In this document: positions 8,453 through 19,097 of the stretch, piece after piece | How the letters are laid out: each line of letters starts with the position of its first letter | How positions within the stretch are numbered: the stretch's first letter is position 1 | NCBI GenBank assembly: GCA_039937655.1 | Contig: JBDTGA010000006.1 | Span: 20,680 to 84,679 of the forward strand | Origin: Ginsengibacter sp. | Lineage (GTDB): Bacteria > Bacteroidota > Bacteroidia > Chitinophagales > Chitinophagaceae | DNA length: 64,000 bases | Reading direction: 5' to 3' | Notes under the pieces: generated by a model | The model's database searches: none | Told to the model about the DNA's origin: nothing | The model's input: the letters and a program-made list of their open reading frames with translations, nothing else | Made by a program: the position numbers and the translations under genes

Positions 8453-9406
8453 ATGAAAGTTACCGACCACATTAAAGAATCACAAGGAACTGTAGTTTCT
8501 TTTGAAATTCTTCCTCCCTTAAAAGGAAAGACGATTGAATCCATTTACAATCATCTGGATCCGCTAATGGAATTCAATCCTGCATTTATAAACGTAACCT
8601 ACCATCGTAGTGAGCAGGTTTTTAAAAAGAAAGCCGATGGGACTTTTGAAAAAATAGAGATCAGGAAACGTCCGGGAACTGTCGGTATTTGTGCTGCCAT
8701 TATGAATCATTATAAAATAGATGCGGTCCCTCATCTCATCTGCGGAGGATTCAACTTGCAGGAAACAGAGAACGCTTTGATAGACCTCGCCTTTTTGGGA
8801 GTGGATAATATATTGGTGTTGCGAGGCGATGCTGCCAAAAATGAAACAGTGTTTGAACCGGAAGAAAACGGGCACTCTTATGCGATTGAATTATTGAAAC
8901 AGGCAGTGAACCTCAATCATGGCATTTATCTGGAAGAAGATATTCGCGATGGAAATAAAACCAAATTTTGTATAGGAGTTGCGGGCTACCCCGAAAAACA
9001 TTTTGAAGCACCTAATCCGCAAAGTGATTTACGCTATCTGAAAATGAAAGTAGAAGCGGGGGCTGATTATATAACCACACAAATGTTTTTTGACAATAAA
9101 AAGTACTTTGAGTTTGTAAAGAATTGTCGCACAATGGGCATTGAAGTTCCTATCATACCGGGGCTGAAACCAATTACTTCCAAAAGGCAACTTACTGTGT
9201 TGCCACGCACTTTTCACGTGGATATCCCTACCGAACTTAGTAATGAAATTATGAAGTGCAAGACAGATGCAGAAGTAGAAATTGTAGGGACAGAATGGTT
9301 ATTGCAGCAATCAAAAGAATTGAAGGAAGCGAATGTTCCCGTACTCCATTACTATACATTGGGGAAACCCCATATAGTAGTGAATGTGGTAAAAGAAATA
9401 GTGTAA
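8453..9406 (+). CDS. metF: 5,10-methylenetetrahydrofolate reductase
   Basis: 317 aa. The pattern SFEILPP...INVTYH...VPHLIC...LVLRGD...YPEKH...GADYITTQMFFD is typical of MetF. It has its own TAAGTTTG -7 box upstream. Confidence 0.9.
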   Translation: MKVTDHIKESQGTVVSFEILPPLKGKTIESIYNHLDPLMEFNPAFINVTYHRSEQVFKKKADGTFEKIEIRKRPGTVGICAAIMNHYKIDAVPHLICGGFNLQETENALIDLAFLGVDNILVLRGDAAKNETVFEPEENGHSYAIELLKQAVNLNHGIYLEEDIRDGNKTKFCIGVAGYPEKHFEAPNPQSDLRYLKMKVEAGADYITTQMFFDNKKYFEFVKNCRTMGIEVPIIPGLKPITSKRQLTVLPRTFHVDIPTELSNEIMKCKTDAEVEIVGTEWLLQQSKELKEANVPVLHYYTLGKPHIVVNVVKEIV

Positions 9407-9604
9407 CACTTTGTGTATGACCCTAAATAAAAAGACCACTGGAAACAATTGCAGGTATCCCTATTTACCCTTCGTTCAAAAAAATATTTTTATAAATCCG
9501 GTAGATTTTCAAATCCTTTACTAATATAGTAGAATGGAAAAAAAAACCAATCAATCTCTGGAAAGAGAATTCTTCCATAATCTCTAGACAAAATATCCGA
9601 ACGT

Positions 9605-11530
9605 TTATTTCAATAATCCCTGGAAGACCTTTTCATTTATTTTCACCGGGTATTTCTTCTCCAGTTGTGATACCCACTTTTGTTCCAGATAACTTTGATA
9701 ATCATTGATGACCAATCCACGCGCATCTTCAAAACTTCTTTGCTGATGATCAGGATATAATTTAATAATCTGTGCAAACACAGCGGTGCCATCGTTCTTA
9801 TTAATAACCGGAGCAGTTATGAGTCCCTTTGTAAAGTACGTCCTGTCCACTACAGGTATCTGACCCAATTCATATCTACCCGAATCTGCCTGCACTTTCG
9901 AGGGACTCTCACTTAAAATTTCTTTCCATGTTTTTCCGGCTCTTAATTGTTGCATAGCATCGGTCGCAACGTCTTTATTGGAACAGGAAAAAATAATTGC
10001 CTCAGCACTCGAATTCCAGAAATATTTTTCTTTATGCTGATTATAAAAGTCTTTAAGCCCCATGGTGTCTGAGGAGGCTTTACCCCATACCTTTCGTTGC
10101 ATTACTTCAAAGAGCATATTGCCTTCTGTAAATTCGCGAATCTGACTCTTAAATGCAGGGCTAAACTCTTCCAACCTTGATGCATAGTTTGAAACCGCGG
10201 AAGCATCGGAGAATCTTTTAAACTCCGTTTCATAATAAGCAGCCCTATTGCCAGAAATAGTACTATTCAAATTTCTGAGATACAATATCCAGTCCCGTAC
10301 TTTTACGGAAGTATTGTTATTATAAGTAAACAAAGAGGTATTTTCATTTATCTTATCAATGGTAACATTTTTATCTCTCATAAGCGAGCTGTCTGTTACG
10401 ACCCATAGATCTTTCTGATTTACATTTAATTTTTTAGATCCGATTATCGGTACTATTTCAGTAACAAATTTTTTCTGTGCTATATGAATCCGGCTATCAT
10501 TGGCAACATCTTGTTTCAGGTTATACATAAACGCTTCGTCTTTCTGTGTAGCGGGTACGGGAGCCGCAGAGACACGCTCGATAATATGATAACCAAATTC
10601 AGTTTCGAAAGGTGCTGAGATTTCTCCGTCTTTTTTTAAAGCGAAGGCATGATCTTCAAAAATGGAATCATATTTAGCCGTTCCAAATTCAGGCAATTTA
10701 CCACCGTTATAAAAAGTAGATCTGTCGTCACTGAATTGTTTGGCAAGATCTCCAAAGTCGGCACCATTTCGTAATGCATTATAAACAGAATCGGCTGTTT
10801 TCTTTATCCGATCTTTTCCTTGCGAATGTCCTTCGGGAATGGCAAACAGAATTTGTGCAATCGTTATTTTTCCTACGGCGTGCCTCTCCCCCGTATTCTT
10901 AAAAATAAACCACCCCTTTTTAGTACGGTACGGAGCGCTTACGTGCCCCGGTTTTAAATTATATACTATGTTTTCAAATTCATACGGCAAGGTAAAGGCG
11001 GTTATATATCCGGCATCATTTTTTTGTATCTGCACAGAACCTTTATTTAATTGTGCGATGATTTCCTCATCACTCAACTGCTTCTTTTTTAATTCCTGAT
11101 ATAATTCCTTAATCGCGTTATAAGTTATTGAAGTATCACTGTCCACTCCTACGGGTTCAAAAAAATAAACCACATGAATATCTTTCTGGCTGCGTTCAAA
11201 TGCCTCATCTGTCAATCTTTTGGTTTCCTTATCATCCTTCAAATAATTACCTTCAATCTGAGAACGGAAATTATGAAGGTCGGCTTCAAGAGAGGGCAAT
11301 GTATCAAGATGAAGGTCTTTAGCTGCCTGAACTTTCAATTTGAATTTTACATACAAGTTGAGATAATCACGAAGGGCCTGTGAACTATCAGCGACGTTCG
11401 TCTTATTTTTATTGTATGCATCAAGAAATTCGGTGGCAGCCACCTTGTGATTACCATAAGTAAAAAGTGTTTGACCATAAGAAATAAAAGTAACCGTAAG
11501 AGTGATCAGTAGGAGAAACAGTTTTTTCAT
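9605..11530 (-). CDS. Periplasmic peptidyl-prolyl cis-trans isomerase (parvulin/PpiC-type, SurA/PpiD-like chaperone)
   Basis: About 641 aa from MKKLFLLL (signal peptide); the track ORF starts 9 codons earlier. Parvulin motifs GWFIFK and GYHIIE are present. Confidence 0.8.
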   Translation of the reverse strand: MKKLFLLLITLTVTFISYGQTLFTYGNHKVAATEFLDAYNKNKTNVADSSQALRDYLNLYVKFKLKVQAAKDLHLDTLPSLEADLHNFRSQIEGNYLKDDKETKRLTDEAFERSQKDIHVVYFFEPVGVDSDTSITYNAIKELYQELKKKQLSDEEIIAQLNKGSVQIQKNDAGYITAFTLPYEFENIVYNLKPGHVSAPYRTKKGWFIFKNTGERHAVGKITIAQILFAIPEGHSQGKDRIKKTADSVYNALRNGADFGDLAKQFSDDRSTFYNGGKLPEFGTAKYDSIFEDHAFALKKDGEISAPFETEFGYHIIERVSAAPVPATQKDEAFMYNLKQDVANDSRIHIAQKKFVTEIVPIIGSKKLNVNQKDLWVVTDSSLMRDKNVTIDKINENTSLFTYNNNTSVKVRDWILYLRNLNSTISGNRAAYYETEFKRFSDASAVSNYASRLEEFSPAFKSQIREFTEGNMLFEVMQRKVWGKASSDTMGLKDFYNQHKEKYFWNSSAEAIIFSCSNKDVATDAMQQLRAGKTWKEILSESPSKVQADSGRYELGQIPVVDRTYFTKGLITAPVINKNDGTAVFAQIIKLYPDHQQRSFEDARGLVINDYQSYLEQKWVSQLEKKYPVKINEKVFQGLLK

Positions 11531-11588
11531 TAAAATATTTTTTTTAAAGAGGATCATTGCCCCTGAGAGTGAATTCTTTTGGGGAATA

Positions 11589-13043
11589 TTATTTCATCAC
11601 GTTATTAACAGGTTTAAGCGCCTGGTTTTTAATTTTCACCTGTAACACATCGTTCATTTGTTCCGGTGTCAATTTCTTGGCAATTATTTTTTTGTCCTTA
11701 TCCAAAAGATATAATGTGGGTGTTTGTATCACATCGTACAATTGTTTGTAAGAAGGCTTTTTTGCATCTTCCGTTATTTTTTTTTGTGCTTCGGTTTCAT
11801 AAACGTTGATCCAGCCGCCCATGTTGTGTTCTTTAATAAACTGTATCCACTGAGCTTTGTCACTGTTTTCGGTAAGTACCCCATACATTTTTACACCTTC
11901 TTTCTCCCAGGTGGCATTATAAAGGGAATCGAGTATGGGCACTAGTACACGGCAATGGCCACAGGTGGGATCCCAGAAACAAATAACGGTATAGTTTGAC
12001 TTGATATTATATAATGGCATACTCTTGCCGGTGGAGTCCACCATTTCAAGGTTGGCGGCTTGTTCGCCTATTAAATTCGACATGAGCATATAGGCCCTGT
12101 TAGAAATAGTAGTCAGTTGCTTCTCATTCAACCAACTGGAAACTCCCTTGGAATGATACTTTTCAAAAAGATGAACAAATACAGCATCCTGTCCCATATA
12201 TTTTGGATTGATGTATTCATCGGTAAGCCAGTTGAGCAAAAATTTATACATCTCAGGAGAAGACCTTGCAAGCAGTAACAAATAATCGGCTTCTTTGATG
12301 GTTGAATCAGGAACCGGTGAAACTACATTCCTGAAATACTGTTCTACTTTTGGCACAAAGAAAGGTGTACGAATGATACGGTCATCCATAAACGTGATTC
12401 CGTCCCAATAGTGCTTTTTATAATACTGGAAGTTTGCGAGAGAGTCCTGCCTGGTTACCGGATGTAAATTTAAAACTTTAGGCTCTTTCATACTGGTGAA
12501 TAATGCCGCCAGCATAGATTCGGGATGTTCTTTAATTATTTTATTCCGATAGTCATTCAGTTCTCCATTGAGTTCTCTGTACTTTTTCTCATGGAGAGTA
12601 CTGTCTCCTTTAGTGGCGGAGATTCTGTATGCTTCCAGTTCCTTTTGTAAAAAAATTCCTTTAGCAGCCACATATTTTTGATACTGTTGGAAGAGAATAT
12701 TTCCTTTATCGCCCGTTACTTCTGTCTTATTAATCAGATCAGAGGTGTCGGCTTTAATAGTAATAGTTTGTCCTTTATCAACCAGGAAGTCGTACAATTT
12801 ATTTTTACCGGGAAACACAATAGAATAAACGCCGGGAAGAAGTTTGCCTTTTCCCTGGAATATGGCAGTTCCTTTTGAACTCACCACAGCCGAATCCTGT
12901 ATATTCATGTTTTTACCGTAATAATAGATAAGATAAGTAAGCCCACTGGTATAATCAGGCGTTTGTAAAGTAACTTTATAGCCTTGCGCATAGGAGCCGG
13001 AGGATGCGAAAAGGAACAGAAAGAGAGAAAAAATTATTTTCAT
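11589..13043 (-). CDS. TlpA/thioredoxin-like thiol:disulfide oxidoreductase with a large N-terminal domain
   Basis: It has a signal peptide from MKIIFSLF and a C-terminal thioredoxin fold with CxxC (FWDPTCGHC). Confidence 0.75.
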   Translation of the reverse strand: MKIIFSLFLFLFASSGSYAQGYKVTLQTPDYTSGLTYLIYYYGKNMNIQDSAVVSSKGTAIFQGKGKLLPGVYSIVFPGKNKLYDFLVDKGQTITIKADTSDLINKTEVTGDKGNILFQQYQKYVAAKGIFLQKELEAYRISATKGDSTLHEKKYRELNGELNDYRNKIIKEHPESMLAALFTSMKEPKVLNLHPVTRQDSLANFQYYKKHYWDGITFMDDRIIRTPFFVPKVEQYFRNVVSPVPDSTIKEADYLLLLARSSPEMYKFLLNWLTDEYINPKYMGQDAVFVHLFEKYHSKGVSSWLNEKQLTTISNRAYMLMSNLIGEQAANLEMVDSTGKSMPLYNIKSNYTVICFWDPTCGHCRVLVPILDSLYNATWEKEGVKMYGVLTENSDKAQWIQFIKEHNMGGWINVYETEAQKKITEDAKKPSYKQLYDVIQTPTLYLLDKDKKIIAKKLTPEQMNDVLQVKIKNQALKPVNNVMK

Positions 13044-13162
13044 TTGAAAGGGAATAAAAAACAAAAATATTCAATTTGTTCTGTAAACAAAGATGCTGCA
13101 AAATCCTTAACATTTTTGTTGGCATTTAATAATCCACCCTAACATCATTTACTTTTGCAACT

Positions 13163-14608
13163 GTGAAAAGAAAAAAACTCGTTTTAGAAAATATTCCTGT
13201 TACAGGATACGCTGCCCAGGGCAAGGCTCTTGCCCGTATTGACGGGAAAGTGATTTTTATAGAAGGCGCCGTTCCTGGTGACGTGGTGGATGTGGTACTT
13301 ACAAAAAACAAAAAAGATTGGGCAGAAGGGAAAGCTATTAAAATAAAAGAATACAGCAAAGAAAGAGTTACCCCTTTTTGTATTCACTTCGGGATTTGTG
13401 GAGGATGTAAATGGCAAATGCTTCCATATCAGAAGCAATTGGAATACAAAGAACAAGAGGTAAGAGACGTGTTTCAAAGAATCGGTAAACTAAAAGATAT
13501 TATCGTATTACCAATTTTAGGTTCTGAGAAAACAATTCATTACCGGAACAAACTGGAGTTTACATTCAGCAATAAAAAATACCTGACTGAGAATGAATTT
13601 AAAGAAATGGGGGAAGACCAATGGCCCGGCGGTGCACTGGGATATCATGTTCCCAAATTGTACGATAAAATCATTGATATTAATGAATGTTGGTTGATGG
13701 ATGATGTCAATAACGTAATAAGAAACAGTCTTCGCGAATTTACTCAAAAAAATAATTACAGCTATTACGATATTAAAGAACACAAAGGATGGCTGAGAAA
13801 TTTTATTATACGTTACTGCACTACAGAAGAGTTAATGGTAAATCTTGTTTTTGGATATGAAGACAAAGTGGAAAGAGAAAAAGTTTGTAATTTTTTACTC
13901 CAAACCGTTCCTCAAATCACCACCTTATTTTATACCATTAATCCTAAATGGAATGACAGTTTAAATGACCTTGAACCTAAAGTTTTTTACGGGAAAGGGT
14001 ATGTAATGGAGAAATTAGGTGATTTTAATTTTAAAATTTCCCCTAAATCTTTTTTTCAAACCAATACCATGCAAGCGGAAGTTTTATACAATGTGGTAAA
14101 AAAATTTGCATCACTTAGTGGTAACGAAACCGTGTATGACCTTTATTGCGGCACCGGGAGTATCGGTATCTTTTTGAGTGGGAATGCCGGGAGGATAATT
14201 GGAGTAGATGTGATAGAAGATGCCATCAATGATGCGAAAGAAAATGCCCAACTTAACAATCTCGATCAAACTTCTTTTTACTCTGGTGATGTAATTGAAA
14301 TATGTAATGATGCATTTTTTGAATCGCATGGCAGGCCGGATGTGGTGATTGTAGATCCGCCACGCGCAGGGCTTCATAATAAATTAGTGAATAAACTTCT
14401 GGAGATTGCTGCTCCTGAAATAGTGTATGTAAGTTGTAATGTAGCTACACAGGCCCGAGATCTGCAGTTACTCAATGAAAAATATTCAGTTGAAAAACTT
14501 CAGCCGGTTGATATGTTTCCCCACACGTATCATATAGAGTGTGTGGCCTTATTGAAACTGAAAAAGGAGCAAGTAGAGTGCTCCGAAGGCCAGGCCGTGG
14601 GTAACTGA
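13163..14608 (+). CDS. rlmD: 23S rRNA (uracil-5)-methyltransferase RlmD/RumA family (TRAM + Fe-S + SAM MTase)
   Basis: GTG start. It has an N-terminal TRAM domain, the Cys cluster C-x6-CGGC-x-WQ, the SAM motif DLYCGTGSIG and a catalytic-region DPPRAG. Confidence 0.85.
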   Translation: MKRKKLVLENIPVTGYAAQGKALARIDGKVIFIEGAVPGDVVDVVLTKNKKDWAEGKAIKIKEYSKERVTPFCIHFGICGGCKWQMLPYQKQLEYKEQEVRDVFQRIGKLKDIIVLPILGSEKTIHYRNKLEFTFSNKKYLTENEFKEMGEDQWPGGALGYHVPKLYDKIIDINECWLMDDVNNVIRNSLREFTQKNNYSYYDIKEHKGWLRNFIIRYCTTEELMVNLVFGYEDKVEREKVCNFLLQTVPQITTLFYTINPKWNDSLNDLEPKVFYGKGYVMEKLGDFNFKISPKSFFQTNTMQAEVLYNVVKKFASLSGNETVYDLYCGTGSIGIFLSGNAGRIIGVDVIEDAINDAKENAQLNNLDQTSFYSGDVIEICNDAFFESHGRPDVVIVDPPRAGLHNKLVNKLLEIAAPEIVYVSCNVATQARDLQLLNEKYSVEKLQPVDMFPHTYHIECVALLKLKKEQVECSEGQAVGN

Positions 14609-14625
14609 AATAAGAATAAATTTCA

Positions 14626-17268
14626 TTACTCCTCTCCCAAATCGAGAATTAAATTAGCAATCAATCCTGTCCATCCTGTCTGATGGCTTGCTCCCAGTCC
14701 ACGCAGGGTGTCCCCGTGAAAATATTCATTAAAAAGAAGAAGATCTGCATTCTCTTCCTTTTTATAAAACCAATTATATTCACCGAACGTAATCCGCTCA
14801 TTCTGTTCATTCTTTTCAAAAATATGCAACAAGCGTGAGGTAATTTCTTTTCCAACTTCGGTGAATGTGAGGTACTTACCTGAACCAACGGGGCATTCGA
14901 CTTTTATATCTTCTTCATAAAAATATCCGAACGTTTTGAAAGCATTTATGAACAAATAATTAATAGGCATCCACACAGGGCCACGCCAATTAGAGTTGCC
15001 CCCAAACATGCCGGAGGTAGAATCTCCGGGATCGTACTGGATGGAATAACTGGTACCTGCATAATTCAAATGATATGGGTTTTCCTGGTAGTATTTTGAC
15101 AAGGCCCTGATTCCTCCCCCAGATAAAAATTCTGTTTCATCCAATATTTTTTCACACAAAGATTTCAATCGTTCCTTATCAACCATAGACAGTAAAGTAC
15201 ATTCATAATTACTTTTTTCCTGACTCGGCAGATACAAGTTATTGGCCTGACGATAATCCTGAAACCATTTCATTCGTTTAGTAAAATCGGGAAGCTTATC
15301 AAAAATTTCTTTTTCAATAACAGTAACTGCAAACAAAGGGCTAAGCCCCACAATAGAACGTATCTTCAAAGGAAATGCTTCTGATTTATTTAGCGAAAGC
15401 ACATCATAAAAGAACTTATCCTCTTCATTCCATAAGCCCAATTCATTCAAAGCCTCCGCGATGATGACAAAATGTTCGTAAAACTTTGTTGCCGTATCTT
15501 CAAACGAAGTATCATTCATTGCAATTTCCAGAGCAATGTTCATCATATCCAACGCATACATTCCCATCCAACTGGTACCGTCAGCTTGCTCCAGCAGCAT
15601 ATTACCCGGTAGTACCATACTTCTATTGAAAAGCCCTATGTTATCAAGTCCAAGAAAACCTCCTTCAAAAATGCTGTTGCCATCGGCATCTTTTCTGTTG
15701 ATCCACCAGGTAAAATTGATGATCAGTTTTTGAAAAATACTTTTTAGAAAAACAATATCTTTCCTTCCATATAATTTCTCTTCAGTTTTATAAACCTGCA
15801 GAGCGGCAAAAGCGTGTACCGGCGGGTTCACGTCATTAAAATCCCATTCGTAAGCAGGCAATTGCCCACGCGGGTCCATATACCATTCGCGCATTAACAG
15901 CGTTAATTGATGCTTGGCAAAAGAAGGGTCAATCACAGCAAAGGCAATACAATGGAAGGCGGTATCCCAGGAGGCATACCACGGATACTCCCAGTTGTCG
16001 GGCATTGACAAAATATCCTGGTTTTTAAGATATTTCCAGTTATGGTTTCTTCCGTTTTTTCGTTCATCCGATATCGGGGTAATGCCATCACTGGTGTCAA
16101 GCCATCTTACCACATCGTAATGATAATATTGCTTATTCCACAGCAATCCTGCAAACGCCTGTCGTAAAATGTTTTTTTGATCAGAGCTGCAGGAGGCGGG
16201 TGTTACGGAATCATAAAAATCATCCGCTTCCTTCTTCCTTACATCAAAAATATTCTTGAAATTTTCAGGGAAAGGGATGTCTGATTTCTTATTGGTAAGA
16301 CGAAGAGAAATACTTTCAGATTGACCGGCATCTATGTTCAAATGATAAACAGGAGCGCATTTCGTTCCTTCCTTTTTATCTTTTAACTTTTGAAAATCAG
16401 TACCGTGTATAACCGCTTCATGAAAAGCATCTTTTAGAAACTCACTTTTATTAGGTTTGTTATAAAGCCGTTGAAAATTGGTTTCATTTTCAGTAAAAAT
16501 AACATCATCGGTTTCTTGAAAATACAGATAATACTCACCAAGCCCTTTGTGATTGGTTACAACAGATTGATTGTTTAAAAAATGAATTCCCGGCTTATTT
16601 TTTTCTCCGGCATATTGCCAGTTATTATAAAACCAAAGTGTAGGCAATACAGTAATGGTAGCCTTTTCATTGCCTCTGTTTACAATTTCTATTTTTATAA
16701 AAACATCTTCATCGTTCTCTTTTGCATATTCTACATACACATCAAAATACTTATCATCATTAAAAACTCCTGTGTCCAGAACTTCATATTCAGGCTCCTC
16801 TTTGCTTCTGTTCTTATTAGTGTTAAGCAGGTCCAGATAGGGAAAGGCTTCCTGTGGATATTTATACAGGTACTTCATGTAATAATGCGTAGGAAGGTTA
16901 TCAAGATAATAATACAATTCCTTTACATCTTCGCCATGATTTCCTTCGTGGTTCCCCAATCCAAAAAGCCTCTCTTTTAAAATAGGATCTTTACCATTCC
17001 ATAACGCTACCGCGAAGCATAATTGTTGATTGATGTCTGAAATTCCGCCTAACCCATCTTCGCCCCAGCGATACACCCTGCTTCGTGAATGGTCGTGAGG
17101 AAAATAATTCCATGCATCGCCGTTTTCACTATAATCTTCACGTACCGTTCCCCATTGCCGCTCACTCAGGTATGGCCCCCATTTTACCAGAGGAACTTCT
17201 TTTTTGGAATTATCGTCTAATCTTTTTTGTTCCGCATTATCCATATTTTTCATAGTTGCTTTTTTCAT
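14626..17268 (-). CDS. GH63-like (MGH1-like) glycoside hydrolase / glucosidase
   Basis: About 880 aa. Its size and the C-terminal (alpha/alpha)6-barrel-like region resemble bacterial GH63 or mannosylglycerate-hydrolase-like proteins. The start was chosen at the internal MKKATM and is uncertain. Confidence 0.65.
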   Translation of the reverse strand: MKKATMKNMDNAEQKRLDDNSKKEVPLVKWGPYLSERQWGTVREDYSENGDAWNYFPHDHSRSRVYRWGEDGLGGISDINQQLCFAVALWNGKDPILKERLFGLGNHEGNHGEDVKELYYYLDNLPTHYYMKYLYKYPQEAFPYLDLLNTNKNRSKEEPEYEVLDTGVFNDDKYFDVYVEYAKENDEDVFIKIEIVNRGNEKATITVLPTLWFYNNWQYAGEKNKPGIHFLNNQSVVTNHKGLGEYYLYFQETDDVIFTENETNFQRLYNKPNKSEFLKDAFHEAVIHGTDFQKLKDKKEGTKCAPVYHLNIDAGQSESISLRLTNKKSDIPFPENFKNIFDVRKKEADDFYDSVTPASCSSDQKNILRQAFAGLLWNKQYYHYDVVRWLDTSDGITPISDERKNGRNHNWKYLKNQDILSMPDNWEYPWYASWDTAFHCIAFAVIDPSFAKHQLTLLMREWYMDPRGQLPAYEWDFNDVNPPVHAFAALQVYKTEEKLYGRKDIVFLKSIFQKLIINFTWWINRKDADGNSIFEGGFLGLDNIGLFNRSMVLPGNMLLEQADGTSWMGMYALDMMNIALEIAMNDTSFEDTATKFYEHFVIIAEALNELGLWNEEDKFFYDVLSLNKSEAFPLKIRSIVGLSPLFAVTVIEKEIFDKLPDFTKRMKWFQDYRQANNLYLPSQEKSNYECTLLSMVDKERLKSLCEKILDETEFLSGGGIRALSKYYQENPYHLNYAGTSYSIQYDPGDSTSGMFGGNSNWRGPVWMPINYLFINAFKTFGYFYEEDIKVECPVGSGKYLTFTEVGKEITSRLLHIFEKNEQNERITFGEYNWFYKKEENADLLLFNEYFHGDTLRGLGASHQTGWTGLIANLILDLGEE

Positions 17269-17347
17269 GAACCCACTTGTCGGGATGTTGCATACCAAGA
17301 GTATTTACTCTAACCACGTATTGCTCTTTTATTCATCTCTTATACTA

Positions 17348-18157
17348 TTATCCGTTAGTAGAAAATCCCGGATAAAGCAGCATGCCCCCATCTGCAAAGA
17401 TGGTAGTGCCAGTAAGATAATCCGATTCATCGCTTGCCAGCCAAACGGCTACTTTACCAATATCTTCCGGTTGCCCTATGCGCCCATAAGGAATAAGGGT
17501 AAGTAATTTATTAAGAGCTTCAGGAGTACTCCAGGCCGCCTTGTTGATAGGGGTTTGTATTGCACCCGGCCCTATGCTATTTACTCTTATTTTTTTAGGT
17601 GCCAGTTCCTGTGCCATACTTTTCATCATCATTTCGATTCCTCCTTTGCTGGAAGCATAATTTACATGGCCTCCCCAGGGAATTACCTGGTGTACACTGC
17701 TCATACAAATAATTTTACCCAGTGCACAGCTTCTTTCAGGCACCATTCCTCGTCTCAAAAATTCCTTCACAGCTTCTCTCGAGCATAAAAATTGTCCGGT
17801 AAGGTTCACATTAACTACCAATTGCCAGTCGGCAAGGCTCATGCTTTCCAGTGGTGAATCTTTTTGTAATCCGGCATTGTTTACCAGAATATCTATTGTA
17901 CCATACTTTGTAATCATTTGCTGAAACATGGATTGCACTTCATCTTCTTTGCTTACGTCGGCTTTGACAGCGATGGCGTTTCCTCCATTGCTTTCAATTT
18001 GCTTTACTACTGCGTCAGCATTTTCAGGATGACTCACATAATTTACCACTACATTGGCACCGTCACCGGCCAATGCGATGGCTACGGCCATTCCTATGCC
18101 GCTATTAGCACCGGTCACAAGTGCACTTTGTCCTTTTAACCTCTGGTTGGGATTCAT
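17348..18157 (-). CDS. SDR-family oxidoreductase (glucose 1-dehydrogenase-like)
   Basis: 269 aa with the TGANSGIG cofactor motif, NNAG and the catalytic YASSKGG. Confidence 0.85.
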   Translation of the reverse strand: MNPNQRLKGQSALVTGANSGIGMAVAIALAGDGANVVVNYVSHPENADAVVKQIESNGGNAIAVKADVSKEDEVQSMFQQMITKYGTIDILVNNAGLQKDSPLESMSLADWQLVVNVNLTGQFLCSREAVKEFLRRGMVPERSCALGKIICMSSVHQVIPWGGHVNYASSKGGIEMMMKSMAQELAPKKIRVNSIGPGAIQTPINKAAWSTPEALNKLLTLIPYGRIGQPEDIGKVAVWLASDESDYLTGTTIFADGGMLLYPGFSTNG

Positions 18158-18430
18158 TTTAAAATTGTTTTAAAAAGGTTACTAAATATGATGCTCTTAC
18201 ATATACATAAAAAATATATTATCCTTTAATCCAGATTAACATTCTCAAAAGAGAAATTACCTCCCATATAAAATAAAAAACATCTTATGATGCAAGGAAA
18301 TGAATTTCTACTATAGTACCATCATGGAATTGTTAATAAATCGATCGGGAAGGGCTCAATATTTATTTACTTCTAACGTTCTGATTAAGCTAATCCCGTT
18401 AAAAAATAAATTTTACCCTAATCTTTTTTT

Positions 18431-18910
18431 ATGAAAAATTTATTACTCTTACTCTTTATCCCGTTCTCAATAACCAGTTCTGCGCAAGTAACCTCTGTAA
18501 TACCACAAGAAGCCAATACATTTTATAATCATGCGATGCGTACAATAAAACCTGTCATTAAAGAAATTGTACAAAAAAATGCTCTCTTATTACGGGGTAG
18601 AAAGATAAATTCAGACAGTTTATCCAAAGCACTACATAATGAGAAATTACTCAAAAATGCCTCACAGCATGATGCAGAGGCAATCGCTGTCCTTATAATG
18701 GTACAGGTATCGAGAAACGCAGATGCCGATTTAAAATACCTTGTGGTTAATATGCACAAAAAAGGAGATTCAAGTGATGGTATATCTGATAACTCTTCCG
18801 GGGAAGTGGAAACCATCATGGCTAATAAGAGTCTGATAGCCGAAAATGTAAGCCTCGCAATGAAAAAAATGCCCGCTCTTCCTGAAAGAATACTTGATAA
18901 TTTAAGGTAA
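18431..18910 (+). CDS. Hypothetical exported protein (159 aa)
   Basis: It has the signal peptide MKNLLLLLFIPFSITSSAQ and no recognised domain. Confidence 0.55.
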   Translation: MKNLLLLLFIPFSITSSAQVTSVIPQEANTFYNHAMRTIKPVIKEIVQKNALLLRGRKINSDSLSKALHNEKLLKNASQHDAEAIAVLIMVQVSRNADADLKYLVVNMHKKGDSSDGISDNSSGEVETIMANKSLIAENVSLAMKKMPALPERILDNLR

Positions 18911-19097
18911 AACCATGCTGGCGGGTAATTTATATTTTCATTTCACTTTTACATCGTCTTGGCTAATCTTTCTTTTTACTTACAATAAGGCTTTCTATTT
19001 TAAGTAATTGATATTGCCTCTTTTCTTTAACCTCTTTCTTGAGATTTTTTATATTTCTTTAGGGAAATGGCACGAATAGTTTTATACTTTTGCACAC